A DNA stretch of 64,000 nucleotides. Origin: an uncultured Hormoscilla sp. GTDB lineage: Bacteria; Cyanobacteriota; Cyanobacteriia; Cyanobacteriales; Desertifilaceae. Under the pieces are notes generated by a model. That model was not told the DNA's origin, ran no database searches, and was given only the letters and a program-made list of their open reading frames with translations. The position numbers were made by a program, and so were the translations under genes. The stretch lies in the NCBI GenBank assembly GCA_963921275.4, contig OZ001293.3:5824001-5888000 (forward strand), in the 5' to 3' direction. Of the stretch, positions 1 to 8,974 are shown in pieces; the stretch's first letter is position 1; each line of letters begins with the position of its first letter.

Positions 1-54
1 AATTCTCTTTATCATAGCTTTTTGTATCCAATTTTTATAGGTCGCAACTTGAGT
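1..54 (+). mobile_element. Right end of an IS982-family element (runs off the window)
   Basis: Identical to the 3' end of the IS982-like copy ending at 55268, including the terminal repeat ATAGGTCGCAACTTGAGT. Confidence 0.85.
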
Positions 55-448
55 TAATAGTCTCTACCCAAGAGACATCATAGTCGCACTACCCAAGAGA
101 CATCGTAACCGCACTACTCGGAACATCGTACTCGCACTACCCACTCAGGTTTATCGTCCTCCCACCCCGTGGTCTGGCAGTTGCTGCACAAGGATGGATC
201 CCCCCCAAACCCCCCCTTGCAAATGGGAGAGATCGTGAGGATTGCGCTGCGCGCACGCTACGCGAGCGACAGGTTTTGACCACACCTATTGGAAACCGAC
301 TAATAACATTTTGTAAAAATGAGGCTCTGCATCGTCATCGTCGGTAATCTACTTCGATCGATCGGGCATTTCAGGTTCAGCAACCTCGGGTTGGGTTTCG
401 TACCTCAACCCAACCTACATAAGCCTCCAGAAACCCGGTTTCTTTGCG

Positions 449-1198
449 TCATCCGATCGCCTGGATGCATTCTGCCTGATCGTTCCTAGCATTATTGACA
501 GCCGAACTGACTGGATATGCTACTATATCTATGTTAGCATTTTGCTCCAACAATGGCAATAGTTCTTGAGGATTCTTGTTCTCGGGATCTAACCATTGAG
601 AGTAAGCTGCTGGGGACAGAATTACTGGCATCCGCTGATGAATGTGACTGACCCGTTCGTTAGCAGCAGTTGTCAAAATCGTACAAGAGACGATCTTTCC
701 TCCCTCCCCAGACTGCCATGTATCCCATAAACCCGCAAAGGCAAATAAGGCCCCGTAATCACTAAAGTGATTACTACGAACCCCGGAATCACTGAAGTGA
801 TTACTACGAACCTCGGAATCGCTTTAGCGATTACTACGAACCCGGAAATAGTACGGTTGTTTCTGCTTTCCTTGTTGCTGCCATTCATAGAAACCGTCGG
901 CTATTATTAAGCAACGCCGACCCTTAAACGCCGTTCTAAATGCTGGTTTTTCTGCTACTGTTTCCGCCCTGGCGTTAATTAACTTCGCTCCCATTTTTGC
1001 CTCTTTCGCCCAACTGGGTATTAAACCCCAACGCATCCATTCTAACTGCCTTTTTCCCGATCTTTCTCCTACCACGATAGATGCGATCGCCTGACTGGGG
1101 GCAATGTTATATCTTGGTGAAATATCGGGGACTTCGGACAGATAAAATTTCGAGGCAATCTCCAATCCTGAAACTGTTAAAGTAAAACGTCCGCACAT
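449..1198 (-). pseudogene. SOS response-associated peptidase (SRAP/YedK/HMCES family) interrupted by an in-frame 3x30-bp repeat carrying one stop
   Basis: N-terminal MCGRF, PRYNIAPSQ, INARAET, FYEW; the same frame continues past TAA 824-826 into FAFAGLW...ILTTAAN...HQRMP. Confidence 0.88.
751..840. repeat. Three tandem 30-bp REP-like hairpin units
   Basis: Unit 1 is ccccgtaatcactaaagtgattactacgaa; units 2 and 3 are variants; palindromic stem with GTAG on the minus strand. Confidence 0.9.
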
Positions 1199-1236
1199 AG
1201 TTTATTATTGGGTAATCGCGATCGCTACTGTCTTTT

Positions 1237-3351
1237 CTACGAGACCTCGGACAGGTAAGATTCCCGCCCGATAATTACATTTTCTCCCGATACCTGCTTT
1301 TCCCGATATACTGCTAGGTCGAACCAGAACGTCGTCCCCACTCCTACTTCACTCACCAACTGGATCCGAGTCTGATGCTTCTCCATTATATTCCTAACAA
1401 TAGACAGACCTAACCCCGTACCTTCTAGCGTGTGAACTCGGTTCTCCACTCGGAAAAACCGATCGAATATCGCTTGTTGGTCCTGTTTGTCAATCCCAAC
1501 TCCTGTATCAGATATCTCTATCCGCACCCCTTGCCCTTTATGTTCTATCATTAGTTCTGGGAATGCATCTTCTAACAGATAGGCGCGAACCATTACCCGT
1601 CCCCCTGAATTGGTGAACTTCAGCGCATTCCCCACGAGATTAGTAAATACCTGCAGTAAGAGATCGTAGTTCCCTAATACTGGGGGCAAATTAGCTTCGA
1701 TATCCTGTAGCAGTTCGATTCCCTTATCCTTAGCATGCAGCTGATAATTCCGCAAGGTTTGTTCTACCGGTTGACCGATGTCTACGGGATTAAAATGATA
1801 GATCCGACAGGATGTTTCTAGTCTCGACAAGTCTAACACGTCGTTCACCAGGCGCGTGAGGCGATCGGTCTCGTGATTGGCGGTTTCCAGGAAATCGCGA
1901 CGTTCTGCTTCAGTGAGTTCTTCTCCGTACTCGTAAAGGGTCTCGATAAATCCTTTAATATTAAATAGAGGCGTCCTTAACTCGTGAGAGACATTGCTGA
2001 TAAACTGGGACTTGGCCTCGTTCAATTCTACTTCGCGAGTAATATCTTGCACGGTGATGGCAATTCCCTTCAAGCTTTTCCGGTATTGCTCGATTATATG
2101 ATTGCTGGAATCATGTTCGTACAGGACGCATTCCGTGACATGGGGGCGATCGGGGAACCGACAGGTATCCTCCCGGTCGTGGAGACAGTTTTTACAGAGG
2201 GACTCTTCCCCGGTGGCGCGGTGGGAGAGTAAAGTCGTCAGTAAAATCCGGATGGTACGGTTTACTGGTTCCGTGAGAGTGATGCGAAACTCGGCACCAT
2301 CCCTAGTTGCTGTCGGCATAAGCCCAGCGGCAATTTCATGCAGGGGTCGCGTCAGTTTCACCTGTACTAGGGGGGGCAGTTTATCCAGTACCTGAGAGCC
2401 TAGCACGGATTTATCTTCCCAGCCAAAAATCCGTTGTGCCGTGGGGTTAACTAGCATCACCCGTAAATCTGGGTCTAGCAACACCGCACCATCGGCGATC
2501 GTGGACACCAGGGTTTCCAGCTTCGCCTTTTCGGCGGTCAGTTCTTCAATATTTTGTTCCTCATAGCGTTCTAGTCGTTCCGCCATTTCGTTGAAACCGA
2601 GGATTAATTCCCCCAGTTCCCCACTCAAGGGTAGATCGACTCGCTGCTTGAAATTCCCAGCAGCAATGTTTTTCACCCCCACTAGCAATTCTTTAATCGG
2701 TTGGGTGATCGTCAAGGCATTAAATACTCCACCCAGTATTACCATTACCCAGATCGAGACAAAAACCGCGATCGTCACGTCCCGGGTAAGATTGGAGGAA
2801 GTGACCACAGTCGGGTTAGGATTAATGCCCAGGGCCAAGACTCCCAAGTATTGGTCTGAGTGGGTAATTGGAACGAAGACATCAGTGACTTGTCCGGAGG
2901 GAGTTTGATGCTGTCGGACAAAGGGAAACTGGGCATCATGACCGAAATCTGCTGGTAACTGCATGCGCCGCCTAATTGTGAGGGAACTATTCACTTCCGA
3001 CTCCCAAGAAGGTATTCCGAAGAAGATCTTGCCCCTTTCATCGGCGTAAAGCATATAGCGAATATTATCAGTATTTTCATAGAAGCGCTGGGAAAAGCGA
3101 GCCACTTCTGTGAGATGGTCTTCTGCCATCAGGGGTGCTACATTAGAAACTAGGAGTAGTCCCAGGTCGCGACCGAAGCGGGTATCGCTCAGACGGGCAT
3201 CCAGTTGAATGCTATTCACCGCCCAGAAGGTCAGACTACTCATAATTAAACTTACGGCCAAGGTGGCAGCAGCCATTAATCTGGTTTGGAGGGTAAACTC
3301 CGACCACCAGTTGGCTATAATTTCTCCAATCTTCTTTATTAACGCGATCAT
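1237..3351 (-). CDS. nblS: Sensor histidine kinase NblS/Hik33/DspA (TM-HAMP-PAS-HisKA-HATPase)
   Basis: WWSEFTLQTRLMAAAT N-terminus, HAMP, SHELRTPL H-box, RVENRVHTLEGTGLGLSIV; adjacent to purD. Confidence 0.93.
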   Translation of the reverse strand: MIALIKKIGEIIANWWSEFTLQTRLMAAATLAVSLIMSSLTFWAVNSIQLDARLSDTRFGRDLGLLLVSNVAPLMAEDHLTEVARFSQRFYENTDNIRYMLYADERGKIFFGIPSWESEVNSSLTIRRRMQLPADFGHDAQFPFVRQHQTPSGQVTDVFVPITHSDQYLGVLALGINPNPTVVTSSNLTRDVTIAVFVSIWVMVILGGVFNALTITQPIKELLVGVKNIAAGNFKQRVDLPLSGELGELILGFNEMAERLERYEEQNIEELTAEKAKLETLVSTIADGAVLLDPDLRVMLVNPTAQRIFGWEDKSVLGSQVLDKLPPLVQVKLTRPLHEIAAGLMPTATRDGAEFRITLTEPVNRTIRILLTTLLSHRATGEESLCKNCLHDREDTCRFPDRPHVTECVLYEHDSSNHIIEQYRKSLKGIAITVQDITREVELNEAKSQFISNVSHELRTPLFNIKGFIETLYEYGEELTEAERRDFLETANHETDRLTRLVNDVLDLSRLETSCRIYHFNPVDIGQPVEQTLRNYQLHAKDKGIELLQDIEANLPPVLGNYDLLLQVFTNLVGNALKFTNSGGRVMVRAYLLEDAFPELMIEHKGQGVRIEISDTGVGIDKQDQQAIFDRFFRVENRVHTLEGTGLGLSIVRNIMEKHQTRIQLVSEVGVGTTFWFDLAVYREKQVSGENVIIGRESYLSEVS

Positions 3352-3397
3352 ATCTGTCTGTTGTTAGTTGCGTATAATTTGTCTCGCTTGTCCGTTT

Positions 3398-4714
3398 TTA
3401 CTGTTCGTTAAGCACGCGGTGACCGATATCCTGTCTATAGTACATACCTTCAAACTCGATGCAGTCTACCGCAGCATAGACGCGGGCAAAGGCTTGCTTA
3501 AAGGTTGAGTCCGTTGCTACAATGTTGAGGACGCGACCGCCATCTGTGAGTAGTTGTTGTCCTTGCAGTTTGGTGCCCGCTTGGAAGACAATTGCTCCCG
3601 ATGCTTCCGCCCGATCGATGCCTGTAATAACTTTGCCTTTCTCGTAGGTTCCCGGATAACCATTCGCTGCCAGGACAACACAAGCACAGACTTCTGACTT
3701 CCAGGCGATGCTGCGCCCAGACGGGCCTAGTTCTGCTAAGCGTCCAGTTGCGGTAGCTAAGAGGATTTCCTCTAAAGGAGTTTCCAGTAGGGGGAGAATA
3801 GCTTGTATTTCGGGATCGCCAAAGCGACAATTAAATTCGATCACCTTGGGGTCGCCAGGGGGGGTAATCATCAAACCCGCATATAGAACGCCTCGGTAAA
3901 CTATACCCCGATCGGCCAGGGCCCGCACGGCAGGGGAAAGAATCTCTTGTTGAATGCGTTGCATCAGGTTTGGAGTTACAATTGGAGCCGGGGCATAGGC
4001 ACCCATGCCGCCAGTATTAGCACCCGTATCTCCTGGGCCAATGCGCTTGTGGTCTTGGGCGCTCAATAGGGGGATAATTGCTTGACCGTCAGTTAAAGCC
4101 AGAATCGAGACTTCTTGACCATATAAGCATTCTTCAATCAGGATCTGGGAACCCGCCGCCCCAAATTTACCTGTAAAGGCAGCCTCGATCGCGGCTTCTG
4201 CTGCTGCTAAAGTAGTAGCAACTGTAACGCCCTTACCAGCGACCAAACCATCGGCCTTGACGACGATCGGCAGTTTTCCAGTTTGCACGTAGGCTTTAGC
4301 AGTGTTAGCATCTGTAAATACAGAAGCGAAGGCCGTAGGGATACCCGCTGTTGCCATCAATGCTTTTGCCCAAGCTTTGCTGGACTCAATTTGAGCCCCG
4401 GCCTTGGTAGGACCAAAAACAGGGATTTGTTGCTGTTGTAGGTAGTCTGTAATACCCTGGGATAGAGGCAATTCCGGACCGACTACTACCAGGGATATCT
4501 GATTATCGGAGCAAAATTGTCCGATGCCAGGAAAGTCATCGATCGCGTAGCGTGCGCGCAGCGCATTCCCCAAAGCCAGGTTCTCACAGCGATCGGTAGT
4601 AGCTGTGCCGCCATTGCCCGGTACGCAGAAGACTCGTTCTACCTGGGGCGATCGCAATAAAGTTCTGGTAATGGCGTGTTCTCGACCTCCACTGCCAAGG
4701 ACTACAATTTTCAC
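3398..4714 (-). CDS. purD: Phosphoribosylamine-glycine ligase
   Basis: VKIVVLGSGGREH (GTG start at 4714), QDHKR, NTGGMGAY, EFNCRFGDPE. Confidence 0.95.
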   Translation of the reverse strand: MKIVVLGSGGREHAITRTLLRSPQVERVFCVPGNGGTATTDRCENLALGNALRARYAIDDFPGIGQFCSDNQISLVVVGPELPLSQGITDYLQQQQIPVFGPTKAGAQIESSKAWAKALMATAGIPTAFASVFTDANTAKAYVQTGKLPIVVKADGLVAGKGVTVATTLAAAEAAIEAAFTGKFGAAGSQILIEECLYGQEVSILALTDGQAIIPLLSAQDHKRIGPGDTGANTGGMGAYAPAPIVTPNLMQRIQQEILSPAVRALADRGIVYRGVLYAGLMITPPGDPKVIEFNCRFGDPEIQAILPLLETPLEEILLATATGRLAELGPSGRSIAWKSEVCACVVLAANGYPGTYEKGKVITGIDRAEASGAIVFQAGTKLQGQQLLTDGGRVLNIVATDSTFKQAFARVYAAVDCIEFEGMYYRQDIGHRVLNEQ

Positions 4715-4808
4715 CTGTGCCTCGCTTTTACTATTCAAAATGCTTCTATTATGACATAATGTTAAGCAAAGATCCCGGTCTGGTGCAAAATCTACTGAGA
4801 AATGGGCA

Positions 4809-6002
4809 ATGAAAGGGCAAAAACTGCTGGGCTTGACGTTGGCAATGTTAGTTGTGAGTTTTGCCGGATCTCCAAGGGTGTCGGCCAAGAAGCGCGATTG
4901 CGAACGGTTACCTCCTAGTCCCTTGGAGATAACCAAACCTGACCCCCTGCTGCCTCAAGAACCAATGTCTCCTAGGGAACAGCAAGATTTCCTGGCCCAG
5001 TTGGACAGGTTACATAGATCGGCCATGACCCAGTTAGATACTGGCAATATGCGGAATGCCTTTGAGATCTGGTATCGAGAGTTGCGACTGCGACGGAGTT
5101 TGGGGCCGATGGCGGAAGTGGAAGCATTGGGGAGAGTCGGGGCGATCGCCTGGGCCGAAAATCAGCGGTCGGAGTTGTTGGTAGTGAAGGGGCGGTTGCA
5201 GTCGGTGCAGGAAGAGGCGACCTTATCCCAGAATATGGTGCTATTAAACTCACTGGGGTCCGCTTACGAACAGATGCGATCGCCTGATTTAGCCCTTGCG
5301 GTTTATGAAGAAATAATCACCGATGCTAGGAGAGCGTCCGATAGTGAGAAAATCGCGGAGATATTAAATAAGATCGGTCAACTGCATCTGAGTTGGTTTG
5401 ATTACACCGAAGCAGCAACAGCGTATCAGGAGTTGCTGGCCTTAGGGATGTCAGAGGGAGATCGCGCCAGTCAGTTAATCTATGGGCAGCAGCTAGCATA
5501 CATTTACGATCGAGGTAAAATGCCAGAGCGGGCGATCGAAGTCAAACACCAGCTGATAGAATTATACCTGCAAGCCGAGAATTTGACAAAGATTCCGGAA
5601 CTGCAGATAGGGATCGGTTCTGACTATGTAGCTACGGGGAACATGGCAGCAGCAGCCGAATATTATCAAGCAGCTTACGAGTTAGCTGAATCCTTGCAGC
5701 AGTTTAGCGATGCTGGGATAGCCTTGTCAAGGTTGGGGCAACTGTATCGAGAGTCCGATCGGGCCGAGTTTGCTTTAGCGGTTTATAAGCAGTTGTTGTA
5801 TGTGAACGATCGCTCCTATGACATGTATGGTAAGATGAAGACCTACGATCGGATTGGAAAGATTCACGTAAATCGAGAAGAATATGGGGAAGCATTAGAG
5901 GCATTCAAGGAGGGATTAGGGTTAGCTGCGGAGTTGAGAGTGGATGCAGAATATTTTATCGTGCAGATAGAAAAAGTGCAATCAAAGATCCAGGGTTCGT
6001 AG
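4809..6002 (+). CDS. Tetratricopeptide repeat protein with N-terminal signal-like segment
   Basis: 397-aa ORF, hydrophobic N-terminus, repeated TPR-like helices. Confidence 0.8.
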   Translation: MKGQKLLGLTLAMLVVSFAGSPRVSAKKRDCERLPPSPLEITKPDPLLPQEPMSPREQQDFLAQLDRLHRSAMTQLDTGNMRNAFEIWYRELRLRRSLGPMAEVEALGRVGAIAWAENQRSELLVVKGRLQSVQEEATLSQNMVLLNSLGSAYEQMRSPDLALAVYEEIITDARRASDSEKIAEILNKIGQLHLSWFDYTEAATAYQELLALGMSEGDRASQLIYGQQLAYIYDRGKMPERAIEVKHQLIELYLQAENLTKIPELQIGIGSDYVATGNMAAAAEYYQAAYELAESLQQFSDAGIALSRLGQLYRESDRAEFALAVYKQLLYVNDRSYDMYGKMKTYDRIGKIHVNREEYGEALEAFKEGLGLAAELRVDAEYFIVQIEKVQSKIQGS

Positions 6003-6023
6003 TAAACGCTAAAGCGTTTGCCC

Positions 6024-6160
6024 GGCACTGGTTCAGCCCGATCGATCGAATCAGCTCAATTCCTTGCAATTCAAAGGCTTAACTAATTTTTAACCGCTCG
6101 GCTCAAACCCTGACTGTGTAGGGTATTCGAGCTTCTATTTAACTAGACTGAACCAGTGTC
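6024..6160. mobile_element. MITE (~137 bp), copy 1
   Basis: Terminal inverted repeats GGCACTGGTTCAG...CTGAACCAGTGTC; homologous to 36750-36887. Confidence 0.8.
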
Positions 6161-6272
6161 TGGAGATCATTCCCCCCAAAATTAAGAAGGTGAAGCTATG
6201 GAAGATAAGTTTTGGTTAGAAGTGGATGGATGCCTACCACCACTTGATGATATTTGCTCTTTGTGCTGACGG

Positions 6273-6530
6273 ATGAGTTATCAATATTTACTCGATACTA
6301 ATATTTTATCCGATCTAGTCAGGTATCCTCAAGGTCGCATCTTTCACAAAATCGCTTCTCACCCATGCGGCATCAGGCGATCGGTCGGCTTAGGACAGGT
6401 GGATGCAATTCGCTTTTTACAACAGATGGGATGGGGGCATAGTGACTATACCCAAGAAAGAGGCGAGATTTTGGATTCTGTAACGCGGGAGTAATTTTGG
6501 CAGGATTTGCAGAGGATTAGAGACAGGAAA
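6273..6530 (+). pseudogene. VapC/PIN toxin N-terminal fragment fused to a small hypothetical-gene fragment with an internal stop
   Basis: YLLDTNILSDL PIN motif, then unrelated sequence and TAA at 6492-6494. Confidence 0.6.
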
Positions 6531-6571
6531 TAATTATTAATTGAGGTGAAATAATTTTCTAGCAGTCGGGT

Positions 6572-7081
6572 ATGATAATGAGTAAGCATAAATTAGAGAT
6601 CGACAATAGTCAAGTGCCAGAAGGTTATAAAAAAACTGACATTGGGGTGATTCCTGAAGATTGGGAGGTTGAATATCTGAAAAACGCACTAAAACAGAAT
6701 CCTCAATACGGAATTAACGCGCCGGCTGTGCCGGATCGTGATAATTTGCCAGTTTATATCAGAATTACTGACATATCCGAAGATGGTTACTTTGCGCCAG
6801 ATAATTTGGTTAGTGTTAACCAAGAAAATTCAGACCAATATTATCTCGAAAAAGGAGATTTGGTTTTTGCCAGAACTGGTAGTGTTGGGAAATCATATCT
6901 TTATAATCCCGATGACGGAAAACTCGTTTTTGCAGGATTTCTAATTCGCATAAGACCTGACGAAAACATACTACTACCCCATTATTTAGCTCAGTATGTA
7001 AAAATAAAAGCCTACTGGGATTGGGTTAAGTTAATGTCTATGCGTACTGGCGAGATTTTGGATTCTGTAACGCGGGAGTAA
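6572..7081 (+). pseudogene. hsdS: Truncated type I RM specificity subunit (one partial TRD)
   Basis: VPEGYKKT...IPEDWEV N-terminus shared with the next gene; the TRD is cut off by the duplicated segment. Confidence 0.8.
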
Positions 7082-7158
7082 TTTTGGCAGGATTTGCAGA
7101 GGATTAGAGACAGGAAATAATTATTAATTGAGGTGAAATAATTTTCTAGCAGTCGGGT

Positions 7159-8436
7159 ATGATAATGAGTAAGCATAAATTAGCGATCGACAATAGTCAA
7201 GTGCCAGAAGGTTATAAAAAAACTGAGGTTGGGGTGATTCCTGAAGATTGGGAGGTAAAAACCTACGAAGATATTTTTACGTTTTTGACAACTGCAAGCA
7301 ATCCAAGAGCAGATTTATCGCTAGATAAAGAAGTTGAATATATTCACTACGGAGATATTCATACTAAATGGGATTGTATACTTGACTTACGCCTTGAGTC
7401 TTTGCCTTCTATTTCTAAACAAAAGGTGAAAAGAGCAACCATTTTAGAAGAAGGAGATGTTATCATGGCTGATGCGTCAGAAGATTACGAAGGAATCGGC
7501 AAGAGTGTTGAAGTTATCAATATTAGTGAACGTCATATAGTCGCTGGTCTTCATACATTTCTATTGCGAGATAAAAATCAGGTTTTCACTGATGGATATC
7601 GAGGCTATTTACACAGGATTGAATCGGTAAAACAATCAATCGATCGGATGGCTACAGGATTAAAAGTATATGGAATATCTAAGAAGAATCTCAAAAATAT
7701 TTTACTACCTGTTCCTGGCAAAAAAGAACAACGCGCGATCGCCCAAACCCTATCGGACGTAGATGGCCTGATTGCCGCACTGGATCAGGTGATCGCCAAA
7801 AAGCGCAACATCAAAACCGCCACCATGCAGGAACTCCTCACCGGCAAAAAACGCCTGCCGGGGTTTGGTGAGGAGTGGCAAGTAAAACGGCTTGGCGATA
7901 TTGCAAATATTACGATGGGGCAATCTCCCAGTTCTCAATATTACAATTCAAAAGAAATTGGTCTTCCTTTAATTCAAGGTAATGCTGACATTAAAAATAG
8001 AAGAGCAGTAATTAGAAACTATACATCTGAAGTTACCAAAAAATGTTACGATGGAGACATTATATTGTCTGTTCGCGCTCCCGTAGGTGAAGTTGCTAAA
8101 ACTAATTTTGATGCTTGTATTGGCAGAGGTGTATCTGCTATTTCTTACCCCAATGATTTTTTATATCATTATTTAATTTTTAGAGAAAGTAGGTGGAGCA
8201 AGTTATCTAAAGGGTCAACATTTGACTCGATTAATTCAACAGAAATTAAAGATTTAGAAATTAAGCTGCCAGTAGATTTAATAGAACAACGTGCGATCGC
8301 ATCTATCCTGTCGGACATGGATGCGGAAATAGCGGCCTTAGAAAAGCGCCGCGCCAAAACCCAAGCCATGAAGCAAGGCATGATGCAGGAACTCTTAACC
8401 GGAAAAACCCGACTCATCGTTCCCAACCATCCTTAA
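7159..8436 (+). CDS. hsdS: Type I RM specificity subunit S (two TRDs)
   Basis: IPEDWEV; two EQRAIA..LSD.D..I..L...K..MQELLTGK helices. Confidence 0.92.
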   Translation: MIMSKHKLAIDNSQVPEGYKKTEVGVIPEDWEVKTYEDIFTFLTTASNPRADLSLDKEVEYIHYGDIHTKWDCILDLRLESLPSISKQKVKRATILEEGDVIMADASEDYEGIGKSVEVINISERHIVAGLHTFLLRDKNQVFTDGYRGYLHRIESVKQSIDRMATGLKVYGISKKNLKNILLPVPGKKEQRAIAQTLSDVDGLIAALDQVIAKKRNIKTATMQELLTGKKRLPGFGEEWQVKRLGDIANITMGQSPSSQYYNSKEIGLPLIQGNADIKNRRAVIRNYTSEVTKKCYDGDIILSVRAPVGEVAKTNFDACIGRGVSAISYPNDFLYHYLIFRESRWSKLSKGSTFDSINSTEIKDLEIKLPVDLIEQRAIASILSDMDAEIAALEKRRAKTQAMKQGMMQELLTGKTRLIVPNHP

Positions 8437-8477
8437 AACCGCAAACTGCCATCTAAAACAACCAGGATAAAATATCA

Positions 8478-8570
8478 TTCGTAGTAAACGCAAAGCGCGT
8501 CTGCCGAGGTTCGTAGTAAACGCAAAGCGCGTTTTTCGAGGTTCGTAGTAAACGCAAAGCGCGTTTGCGG
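8478..8570 (+). repeat. Three tandem 32-bp GTAG REP-like units
   Basis: ttcgtagtaaacgcaaagcgcgt at 8478, 8510 and 8542. Confidence 0.85.
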
Positions 8571-8974
8571 AAGGCCACCAATTGAGAAACCAAACCGTTT
8601 CGCTGGTGCTTTCCCCAACATACTTCTTAATTGCGAATAATTACTTGGATTTGATATAATATTTATTCTCTCGCTGCCAATGCTTTAATTTGTTTATACA
8701 AAGCATCGGTAATTTTGTCGCATCTAAAATTTTGATGCTAGCTAGTTTTCCTTTAGCGTTATAATCAACAGCAATTCCTACCGATAGCCTTGAGTTGTCA
8801 CAGTTGTTTCCTGAAAGATAATACTCAAGGCATTAACTTCTCGATCGTAGATAATTTTCATGGAAGTGTCTTTATTCTGTACGCTGATAAAATTGCCGAT
8901 AGCCTCAGTTCTCGGGCAGGCGAGACGCCCGCCCTACGAGGGACTCGGGCAGGCGAGACGCCCGCCCCACGGTA

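Noticed and set aside
751..840. REP tandem units (also at 8478 and 24409) as CRISPR arrays
   Set aside because: No unique spacers, only 2-3 abutting units, and no cas genes in the window
4715..4936. N-terminal extension of PurD in the ORF track
   Set aside because: It overlaps the divergent TPR gene; PurD homology starts at GTG 4714
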